From assembly GCF_006345805.1 (NCBI RefSeq), contig NC_043004.1:79980001-80044000 (forward strand): a stretch of DNA of 64,000 nt. The letters run 5' to 3'. Made by a program: the position numbers and the translations under genes. The notes under the pieces were generated by a model that had not been told where the DNA came from, did not search any database, and saw only the letters and a program-made list of their open reading frames with translations. Shown piece after piece: positions 52,701 to 64,000 of the stretch; within the stretch, counting starts at the first letter, position 1, and every line of letters starts with the position of its first letter. The stretch is from Octopus sinensis (Eukaryota).

Positions 52701-52864
52701 GGATAAACCCCCTACACCCGGATATGTCTCTGTAAACAATAACTCTCTACTTGAGTGGGCCATAGTGCACAAATTCTGACTTGAAAGACATCACAGGTGG
52801 TGCTATTAAGTTAGACATGGCCTGGGCCAATAATGGCCGAAATATCAAAGTATATCAAAGTAAG
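49761..52864 (+). mobile_element. CR1-clade LINE ORF2 (APE endonuclease + RT) with 3' UTR, disrupted
   Basis: ILTETHL, GDFN, SDH, YRPISLTS, QHGF, YLDFSKAFDRVDH, QGTVLGPLLF, FADD, RPHLEYC spread over frameshifted ORFs; flanked by (TA)n. Confidence 0.9.
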
Positions 52865-53068
<204 letters not shown>

Positions 53069-53070
53069 AG

Positions 53071-53855
53071 TGTGCTGGGACCACTTCTTTTCATCATTTA
53101 CATTAATGACATTAATGACATCATCAAGCACAGCAACATAAAAATCTTTGCAGTTGACTCCAAGCTACAGAAGGTCATAAATGAGGCGAGTGACCGGACA
53201 TGCCTTCAGTCAGATCTACTGGCTGTTATCCAATGGGCAGAAAAAAACAATATGCTGCTGAACGAGGATAAATTTGAGCTAATCCACTTTGGAAAAGAGG
53301 ATGCCCTGAAACTCCCATACTCCCTTCCTTCAGGTGAAACTCTCGCGGCGTCCAACAACATCAGAGACTTGGGAGTAATTGTGGACAACAACATAAGCTA
53401 GGCCACTCATATAAACACCAAAGTTGACATGGCCCGCAGAATGTGTTCCTGGATTCTCAGAACTTTCCAGTCGAGAGATATCCACACCATTATCCTTCTC
53501 TTCTCCACTTTTGCCCGACCCCACCTTGAATACTGTTGTCCACTGTGGTCTCCCCACACAATACAAGGTATCATAAAAGTTGAAGCACCTCAAAGGGCAA
53601 TCACAAAAAAGATAGATGGCATGACAGGCCTCGACTATTGGGGTCGACTAGAAAAGCTAAAACTCTATTCTCTCCAACGTCGTCGTGAGCGCTACATCAT
53701 CTGCATTATGTGGAAAATATTCCATCAGCATTGCCCAAATGATGTTGGCATAACCTTTAAGGTACATCCAAGGCTTGGGCCCCGTGCCATCCGCCCAAAA
53801 CAAAAATCGCACTCTCATCTCATAACAACAATACGGCACAATTATTTCACCTCAA
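53071..53855 (+). mobile_element. Second internal fragment of the same CR1 RT (matches 51819-52600)
   Basis: Near-identical sequence; FADD reads FAVD; truncated at both ends. Confidence 0.9.
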
Positions 53856-54268
53856 GAACCGGTTCTCAACATACACTGATAAACAGTTTCGCCATGGGCT
53901 CTTAGGAGCATAGTTCGATTTGTTTTTGCTCCGCCTCTGTTCTGTTTTTGTTTTTCCAACGGATTTCCTATTTTCTTCCTGAAGAGAAAGACACAATATG
54001 GTCCCATTATTCAATCGGGTTTTGGTAATTTGTGCCTTTCGAAACACGTGTAGAATGAAATAAAACGATTTCTGTTCAATCTGCGTTCAGCTCCATTTCT
54101 TCAATTCACCAATAATGTTTTAACTTCAATTATCCGCACCAACGCACGGTTGCAACACCATATGGTTGTACCTCCAACCGTGCTGTTTACTGCTGTGATT
54201 TTTGCTACTAAGGTATCGGTTAAACTTTTGATTAATCTACTACAAGATTATTCATCTTTCTATTTCAC

Positions 54269-55055
<787 letters not shown>

Positions 55056-55729
55056 GCGTGTATGTGTGTATACCGGATTGAATCTTAGCCATAATTAAAT
55101 AAATGTCCGTTTTTATGTCATGTAGAATTGGAATCGTCATGTGCATAAAGCATCTGACTGTTATTTCTTCATACCACACTACAGACATTCCATTGAGTCC
55201 TGGACTAGAATAGTTACTCCAATCTTACATAAAGTTAGATTGTGGTTGTTTAAATGCACACCAAGCACAGCTATACTCAAAAGTGTTCCAGCAATAACCA
55301 TAGATTTTTTTTAAGATGGTAGCGTAGTATTAGAATGAAATTTGACTGCTACTTCAATCAGAACTTGTAACTATTAAACGCTTTCTCGTTGGCTTGCATG
55401 AAAGTTTACATGTGAATATCTATTAAACAGATAAAATAGGGAGTTATCTCCCTTCGACTTTCTTCTCAAATGATTAAGATACTGATTTACAAGTTAAAAG
55501 CCGTCTTTCTTTTTCACAACTAGTGCTGCGGCGTGTAAATGATCAAGGGACATAACTCTGACTTGATCGTTTAATCCCTTATTAATCGCTTTATCTCTTT
55601 ATCGCTTCCTTAAATTTCTTTATTGTTTAACAGTACATAAGAAAACGAAATGGTTTACATCCTCCTTCGTGTACACTCGTGGAACTAATTATTAATACTA
55701 TGACCTTTTACAAATTATACTGCAGGATT

Positions 55730-57100
55730 AACTTCCACAATCTACACCCTGGTCTCAAATTCACAAGGGAAATTAGCAACACACAATTACCACTTCTTGA
55801 CATAATTGGTAATTAAACACAGCACCATAATCACAATTGATATTTATTACAAAAGCGCAGATACCACACCAGAACTTAAATTTCAAATCATGCCACCCAA
55901 CATACAGAATGCGCAACATCCCGTACTGTCTAGCTAGGAAACTTTGTATTATAGTAGATGATACAAATACCAGCAACATACAACTTTCAGAACTGAAATT
56001 ATTTCTGCTCAAGCAAAAAAACACCTTCTCCGAGTTATAGAAAATAGCCTACAACGAGCAAAAGAGATACCTATAGAACAGCTGAGGGCAACACGAGAAA
56101 GACGAAGTCAACAACGGAACACAATACCATTTCTAGTAACACAATTCGCATCACCAGAACATTTTTAACATCACCAAAATAAATTTGCCTATCATGAAAC
56201 AAAGTGAAAAATCAAAAAACATAAAAAAGAATCAAACACTTATCTTAAATAAAAGGCAATCTAATAGCCTAAAGAAATTATTAACAAAGGCAAAATTCAA
56301 CATGAACAAATAGGATGAAACATTCAATATCCAAGTGTAATGATAACAGATGTAGAACGTGTTAATACACGCATACTGGTAGATCCATTAGAACGCAAAA
56401 ATGGACAGGTTTTCACAAATGCAGATATCAACAGAAATTTTATCTACTACTAGCAGTATCGCCCAGCGTTGCTCGGGTTTGTAAGGGAAATAACTATAAA
56501 GCATTTTTAGAGTTATAGCCAAAAAATAGCAAAAAAATGATGGTAAATTTTTTTGAGAGTTAAAAAGGTCGAGTTGCGTCCCCTAGACAGTCTGTGGTTT
56601 GTGTTTCTGATTCTCGACCCCATGTCGAATTTATCGATTTTTTTCAGAACTGGGGGAACTTTTCAAAATTTTCGCTGCGTTAGTTTTGAATTATGACATT
56701 GGGCTATGTGTGTGTCAAGTTTCATCAGAATCGGTTGAAAGCCGTGGTCAGGGTGAGGGTACCACCTAACAGACACACAGACACGCAGACAGATAAACTG
56801 CCGTTTATATAGAGAGAGATATTAAATGACATAATTGCGAGGAACTGTCTATTAGCGAGACAGGGAACACATATCGGAACGCTCACGAGTCAACAAATCC
56901 GGGACAGTAATGCTCGCAAAATGCCATTGAGCGAACATATAGAAATATGTAATCAGAAAATGTTTCTAATTTTTCCTTTCCACAAACTAAATCACGCAAG
57001 TGAAGTTGGAAGAAATATAAAAGAAAACGTCTTATTAAAATGTTCAAACCTGTTCTGAACAGAAATAACAGCAATAATATAACAACCAATTAATGATGTG
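55730..57100 (+). mobile_element. Penelope-like retroelement remnant (RT C-terminus + GIY-YIG), interrupted by a Helitron
   Basis: LHPGLKFTREIS, IDIYYK, HQNLNFKSCHP, NIPYCLARKL; reconstructed NFIYYIK*HNCEELSISETG; SEHIEIC; IKMFKPVLN. Confidence 0.8.
56450..56819 (-). mobile_element. Non-autonomous Helitron, copy 1
   Basis: 5'-TC, 3'-CTAG, GC-rich subterminal hairpin, inserted between A and T, no TSD. Confidence 0.85.
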
Positions 57101-57338
57101 GATTAAAAAATATCTTTAACATATGAATATAAACAAATTACAGAACACCCACCGATTGAAATAGAAACTAAGTTTGCTCACTAATAAAACCCTTACATGT
57201 AAACTGCAAGCTAATTGGATAAAATAAAGGCGAAATCTATGCCAGTATTATCTGTGCGCCCGGAAAACCGTGACGTTTAAGCAGTATCCTGATTTGTCGA
57301 AACTGTATTCCAAAAATCCAGCTAGTCGGAACCTTCTA

Positions 57339-57709
57339 TCTCTCTATATATAAACGGCAGTTTGTCTCTGTGTGTTTCTGTGTGTCTGTCAGGTTGTACC
57401 CTCACCCTGACCACGGCTTTCAACCGATTCTGATGAAACTTGACACACACATAGCCCAATGTCATAATTCAAAACTAACGCAGCGAAAATTTTGAAAAGT
57501 TCCCCCAGTTCTGAAAAAAAATCGATAAATTCGACATGGAGTCGAGAATCAGAAACACAAACCACAGACTGTCTAGGGGACGCAACTCGACCTTTTTAAC
57601 TAAAAAAAATTTACCATCATTTTTTTTCCATTTTTTGGCTATAACTCTCTAAAAATGCTTTATAGTTATTTCCCTTACAAACCCGAGCAACGCCGGGCGA
57701 TACTGCTAG
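57339..57709 (+). mobile_element. Non-autonomous Helitron, copy 2 (inverted relative to copy 1)
   Basis: A|TC...CCCGAGCAACGCCGGG...CTAG|T; reverse complement of 56450-56819. Confidence 0.85.
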
Positions 57710-58223
57710 TAAAGTATAAAGAGGAAGAAGTCATTTTACTACAGTTGTCAAGAATTCAGCTGTCAGTTAAATACATTTTGAAATCTGATGGTTACTACGA
57801 ACGTATGAAAGCACTAATTGATCTTTATGAACACTACCATATATTTTTTTTATGTTTAACACACTTCAACATAGTAGATAATTGTTTAAATACAATAATA
57901 AAATACGTGAAAACCAGACCATGTCGTAAGTTTATTCACCTGATATATTATTCTATACACATTTACACAAATTCGGAAACTATATATATATATATATATG
58001 TGTGTGTGTGACCGCGTGTGTACAGTTGGCGATATTTTTCCTCTGTCTTCCCTTCTCTGGATATTTCCTTCTCCTATGTTTCCGACGAAGAGCTCCGCTC
58101 GAAACGTAAAAACCCTCCTTCTTTCCTTCTTTCCTGAGCGTCCAATAATACTATATTTGTTCCACGTCCTCGCGTTGTTGTGTTTTTTTTGTGCTTTCTT
58201 GTTTGGATTAACTATATATATAT

Positions 58224-58544
58224 ATTCAGCAAACGCCAGAAAGTAAGCGAGCAAGACAAATGAAAAGATACAAAATATAGAGTTTAATCGCAAACCCTAT
58301 TTCATTGTTACCACTTACGCAATTACTTACGTAAAGTCCGCAATTCATCATTGTGATCGTCATAGCGGACGTCCCGTGTATAGTTCTTCAAATTATATTT
58401 TGCTATGACGATTACACTGATGAATTGCGGAGTTTACGTAAGTAATTGCGTAAGTGGTAACAATGAAATACGGTTTGCGATTAACCTTTATATTTTATGT
58501 CTTTTCATTTGTCTTGCTCTCTTACGTTCAGGCGTTTGCCGAAT
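58224..58544. repeat. About 320-bp fold-back element
   Basis: Arms 58224-58366 and 58402-58544. Confidence 0.85.
58410..58482 (+). ncRNA. Hammerhead-like motif in right arm of fold-back element
   Basis: GAUUACA CUGAUGA AUUG..CAAU GAAA UACG GUU/UGCGAUU. Confidence 0.5.
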
Positions 58545-59376
58545 TTTCTTGAGAACAATCTTTGCTTCGTGGCAAGACCATAGGGCGTCTACTTCTAGCA
58601 TAATGGATATCTACTTAGTGGTCATCCCTCTTATATGTATGTAATATAATTTTTCTGAATCTTCAGAATTTTCAATATGCTAGGCCACTGGTTTTAAATT
58701 GATATTAATCAAATTAATATTCAATTTTTCACCCTTATTATTTAAATCTATATATATAAAACTCAACTTGTGCGTATATGTGTGTATCTGTGTGTGTATC
58801 TGTGTGTGTATCTGTGTGTGTATCTGTATGTTTAACTTCCCAGCACATCTCCTCCTAGCCAACAATCGTAGAACCACCAAAAATGGGTCACTTAAAGTTT
58901 AGGCGAATGAAAATTGAACTCCGCTATTTCTGTTCCGAAATTCATCTCGCAAGTGCATCTCGCGTTGCCAGTTCGATAATGTGTTTGTTTAGGCCTTATC
59001 CCATGCATTGAACAGTGAACTTTACTCAGTCAGCTGTTTGATGTGAATTGTGTTCACCACGCGTGCAAGCATGCGTAAATTGCATGAAAAATAAAAAATC
59101 AAGATATAAAAACGAATCGCCGTAAACATTGTAGAAATTCGGCAAAGAATTTTTGAAGAAGTCGGTTGTGTTTATTCGCGTAAGCCAAAATATTGTTAAA
59201 ATTGTTGAATTGTTTGTTTAAAAATTGTTTGTTAAATTGTTATATTGAACTTTAACTGGTTTTTTGAACCAGGAAAACTTTGTTATTCCCCTCCTATAAG
59301 GAGGGGAAATAGTGTGTGAAATATATTGTGCGTTGTAGCGCAATTAAACAAAAAAAAATACATTCATTTGTTGAAA

Positions 59377-62300
59377 ATGGATAAAACATTCGAAGATGTT
59401 GCCAATGAAGGTTCACCTTCTAAAGAAAATATTGTAGGTTCTCCTACAAAGGAAAACGCTATGTTGAAAAATGATTCTAAACCAAGTTCACCAGCAGTAG
59501 AAAACGAGAATAAAACGTATAACTTCGCAGCCGCAGCAGGAAGAAAAACAGTTGGAATCAAACCTGAAGATATCGACTATGACAAATACAAGGAAATGTT
59601 TAAAAGGGCGGGGAACAACATAAAAGCCACCCTCCCACAAGAAATCAAAACCAGGACCATGAAGAAAACGGTAATTTTTAAATCGTTTATCATTAAGGAA
59701 AAAAATAGAAAAAATAACTAAAGAACAGGCCGAAAAATGTCTCAAGCCAATATGGACGGATATTGATTTCGTTACATGGGGTAAGAAATATGCAACGATA
59801 ATGGTTTACTTTAAAGAGGAGGAACAGGCGAGGAAATACTCGATCAACCCATTAAAAACTACAGATATAATTCTTCTCCCCCTCGTATATGGGGAGAAGA
59901 ACAATAAAAATTAAAATAGATGAAATACCACCGGAAATTGAGGTAAAGAGCCTCATTCCAGCCCTATTTATGGGGCTGGAAGGAAAAATTAATATTATAA
60001 ATATTGTCAGAATCCAGAAGGAGAATTGGAAGGGACAAGCTTTACAAATAATAGTGCAAGCGGCGCCGGAAACGTTAGAGGAGGTGCCGGAGTGCATTAA
60101 TTTCGACGACGAAATAAACTTGCGGGTGGTGGTCGAAGGGCGTAAGCCCAGATGCTACGGGTTTGGCGAAAAGGGCCACATCCGAGCAGAATGCCCCACC
60201 CGCAAGAAAGAAGAAGAAGAAGCAAGGAAAAAAGCTGAAGAAGAGGAGAGGAGGAGAAAAACGACTGAAACAGAAGAAGAAAAAAATACAAGAGGGGGAT
60301 GACGATTTCGTGATACCCAGGAAAATGAAAAAAAGGAAAAATACGGACCTAAACATACCCAATCATAGTACAAAAAAGACTAACACACAGGGGGGAAAAC
60401 CCACCCCACCTAAACACGGTTCCCCACAAAAAGAAAAAGAAGATAAGACCACCCCCCCCCAGACCAACCCGAACCACCCCCACCCCACAGTACCGTGCAT
60501 TACCCTCCCCTCCAAATGACCTCCCCGTACTCCCTTCATACTCCCCAAACTCCTCCTCCTCCCCATCACCTCCCCACAAAGCCCCAAAAGAAAATCACGG
60601 AGTTCCAAGTGGTTTATACAGCCATCAACAAAGACAACGACAGTTTAAGCAGCGGGATGGGAATCATCCCAGCCGCTGAAAAAATACAAACTCATAGAAA
60701 ATTACAAAAAATGTAGAAATATATAAAATGGATTTACTAAACTTTAATATTTTAAATGCGCAGTATTCAGGAGACATAAGGGGTCCGCGGCTTTATGTAC
60801 ACGAGTCACTTATTAAAGCGGACTTCCCCCCACGACCAACAGGAACACCGTTGTAAAGGTAAGTAAATGTCTCGTATTTGTGTAAGGTGCATAAATGTGC
60901 GTGGCCTGATGTCGAGCTGGAAGCAAGGGCGCCTCCTAAATGACATCAGGTCACGGGAGCTAGATGTTGTTGTTACCACAGAAACCCGGTTAAAGGGGCC
61001 CAGAGATCTGCTCCCGCTGTTCGACGGTTACGAGAGAATTATCTCTCCGAACCCGTCGTTCGGCGGAAGCGGGGTGTTGGTCCTGTGTAAAAAGAACCGG
61101 ATCTCTGAGAAAAAGTTGATTTTTGCAGATCCAGAAGGTAGGCTGGTCGTCGTTGATTTGACGTTCAGTAGTCGTAAGACAATCAGACTGGTTGCAGTTT
61201 ACGCACCCAACAATAAGGGGCAAAGTGATTATTTTCGGAATCTGGAGAAGTTTCTGAGTACATCGTGCCCTTTAGTAATGTTAGGAGACTTCAACACAAT
61301 CTGCGATGTGCGGGTAGACTGTGAAGGCTCGCAAACAGACAGGAAAGGAAATGCTTGCTTCCTGTATCTACTAAGACGTTTTGAGCTGGTAGATCCATAT
61401 AGACTGGAACATCCGGACGCTCCATTGTGGACATGGTCAAACAGCGATGGATCGTCAAGGTCATACATAGACAGGATTTTAATTAGGAAGGTAAATAGAA
61501 ACCTAGTTAAGAGTCCACAGCTCCACATAGTCAGCTACAGTGACCACAAGATGGTCACCTGTAAGCTCGACGTAGATAAGATAAATAGAGGTCCTGGTTA
61601 CTGGAAACTTAATACGTTCCTTTTGGCGATTAAGGAGTACAGTGACAGGATTAGGTTAATGATCCAGAGGGCCATGACCGGCTCCATTATCAACAACAAA
61701 TGGTGGTATGCCCCCAAGCGAGCCATAACATATGAGTCTATTAGGTATAGTATAGATCTCGTAGCTAGAGAGGCTAGAAAAGAAACTACTCTAGTTAAGG
61801 ACCTAGAGGAAGCAATGTGAACTGGCAACGCGGCTCGGGTGAAGGCCAAGAGACTGGTTTTAAACCAGCACCTCGAAGCCAAACACATGGGTTGCATTGT
61901 CAGGGCTAGACAACATACAATGGGGAGCGAAAGAATTAATGCCGCGGGATGGGCCCGAGTGGTGGAAGCCCAACGTGGCAACAATGCCACAATTCGATCT
62001 CTGACGAACCAACAAGGTAAGTTGACAGACGAACCCGAGGAGATGTGTGTCAAGCTTTTCAGGACCACTTCGCCCAGCTCTTTGGGGGGGGGGCGGATGG
62101 GAGGAGGGACCTTACGGACCTCCTCGACGGACTGCCGCGCGCTCGGAGCGGGACGCGGAGTGTAGTGAGAAGCCGATCACGCCTGAGGAGGTAACAGAGG
62201 CCATGGCAGACTGCGGTGCGGGTAAGGTGCCGGGACTTGATGGTCTGCCCTACGAGCTTTATAAAAGTATGCCGGACTTGTTCGGGGACTTACTGGCGAA

Positions 62301-64000
62301 CGTCTACGCAAACTGGCAGCAGAATGGGTTTATACCCAAATCTGTGCGCCGGGGAGTGGTGACACTAGTCAGGAAGGACCAAAGCAAGGGGGACGTCATG
62401 GATAATTTCAGGCCCATCACTCTGCTTAACGCAGAGTTGAAGATTTTGGCCAAAGTGTTATCGAACAGATTGGCGCGTGTCGCGAATGGACTGATCGGGA
62501 AAGTGCAAACGTGCGCCGTACCGGGCAGAACCATTCAGGACAATCTCCATCTTATTAGATACACGATAGAGGGAATGGATAATGATCCCGGCAAGGGAGG
62601 GGCAGTGGTCCATTTAGACCAGTCAAAGGCTTTCGATAGGGTCGACCATCATTATCTGGTGTCCGTTCTGGCTCAGTTCGGCCTAGGTCTTGGCTTCCTC
62701 AGGTGGATCATAGAAATGTACGACAACGTCGACTCGGAAGTTCGGGTGAACGGCTTTCTTTCTAAGCCGTTCAAGGTCAAACGCTCGGTCCGTCAGGGAT
62801 GTCCGCTCTCCCCGCTTTTGTATGTAGTGGCTCTTGAGCCGCTGCTGCGAAAACTGAGTGGCATCCCGAGGCAGCGGACGACATCATTATCATCGTGACC
62901 GAAATGGACCTCCTACGTAAAGTAGGCAAGGCCATAGAGGTTTACGAGACGGTGACAGGAGCAAAATTTAATCGGGAAAAGTCAGTCGGCTTGCAGCTCG
63001 GCACCTGGAGAGGCAAGTCGATGCCTCCAGACAACGTCGTGGGACGTTGGACGGAGGGTCCGATTAAGTAGCTCGGGGTCTGGTTTGGACCAGGCCTCCA
63101 AATAGAGAGGAACTGGGGCGAGGTATCGAGCAGGGTGGTCGCAGTAGTAAAGACCTGGTCTTGGCGGTGGTTATCCCTAAAAGGTAGGGCGGAGGTAGCC
63201 AATGTGTTTATCGCATCGGTGATCACCTACCGCCTTGCCGTCGTGCCTTGCCCGGATTCGTGGTTGACCAGGTTGGAAAGACAGCTCTTCCGCTTCTTGT
63301 GGAAGGGCTCGAAACCACTTGTGAGACGCTCTATTTGTTATCAAAAACCGTTAAAGGGTGGACTAGGATGCCGTGGCTAATGATGCGCAGAAATGCGCTG
63401 AGGCTAAGGCACCTGTGGCTCCAACTGGATGGTGAACGGGTGTGGTCTCCGCTGGCGAAGCAGATGTTCCCCAGGTTCACTAGTTTCGGTGGACGGGAAG
63501 AGTGGTATAATCGTAGATCGAAGTTGGGTACGTGGTACACGGAGTGTCGTACGGCACTCCGACTATTCCGTCACTCGGGCAATGCCTGCGGCAGTGGTTC
63601 TACCACTGTGTTTTATAGAGGGTTGGTAGAGGCCGGTAACGATGATACGCTAGGGGAAACCCTAGGTTTCGACGATAATAAGCTGGCCAGTCTGTTCCAA
63701 CGTACATTCGGGCCGAAGGCACTGGATAATTTCCAGAAGTCTTTGGCTTGGCAGTGTTATCGAGGAGCCTTACCTGTTCGGGACAAACTTGCAAGGCACG
63801 GTGCCCCAGTCAGCCCGACCTGTTCGAGATGTGGGCGAGACAGGGAAACCGTCTCGCACGCGATCGTGCAGTGCCCGGAGGTGACAGATATGTGGGTTTT
63901 TGCCGAACAACTGATGTCAAGTGAAGGAAGAGTACAGCTATCAGCCGAATCCATTGTAAAAATCAGCCCACCTGATTTTTTAACGAAAGAAGGTAAGAAT
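59377..64000 (+). mobile_element. Tx1/L1-clade LINE, near full length (ORF1 with zinc knuckle; ORF2 from 60867 with APE, RT, CCHC), disrupted, runs off the window
   Basis: CYGFGEKGHIRAEC; INVRGL, TETRL, VYAPN, GDFN, SYIDR, SDH; PGLDGLPYE, FRPITLLN, DQSKAFDRVDH, RQGCPLSP, ADD; CSRCGRDRETVSHAIVQC. Confidence 0.92.

Noticed and set aside
53856-54260. CpG-containing non-repetitive segment after the second CR1 piece, considered as a myosin tail exon
   Set aside because: Stops in the + frames I translated and no myosin or transposon motif recognised on either strand; left unassigned.
57785-57830. CTGATGG...GAAA hammerhead-like string downstream of the Penelope remnant
   Set aside because: A9 is altered and no stem I or NUH register could be found.
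60075-60608. Minus-strand F/S/G-rich ORFs
   Set aside because: Antisense shadows of the purine-rich and C-rich Tx1 ORF1.

Overview
AT-rich, microsatellite-dense eukaryotic (animal) genomic DNA. The repeat landscape suggests a cephalopod such as Octopus (inference): tRNA-derived SINEs, RTE 3' ends with (GAT)n tails, and (TA)n/(CA)n arrays. The only host gene recognised is myosin VIIa (MYO7A/crinkled-like) on the + strand. Eighteen coding exons (17699-47347, about 894 codons, all GT-AG, phases consistent) encode the motor domain, five IQ motifs and the SAH segment. The N-terminal exons and the MyTH4-FERM tail exons were not found in the window. The introns hold SINEs, RTE, CR1, Tx1/L1, R4-like and Penelope retroelement remnants, mariner, hAT, piggyBac and Tigger-type DNA elements, and two Helitrons. 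Main unusual observations: (1) a dispersed set of minimal, dimer-type type I hammerhead ribozyme motifs, several inside 150-600 bp fold-back elements, two with intact cores (1243-1285 minus, 42597-42644 plus); (2) a perfect 84-bp in-frame duplication across a myosin splice acceptor; (3) a tRNA-Ser body with an AAA anticodon; (4) an inverted Helitron pair, one copy splitting a Penelope GIY-YIG motif; (5) a terminal intron of at least 16.6 kb packed with sense-oriented retroelements. All structures were read by eye, and repeat boundaries are approximate.
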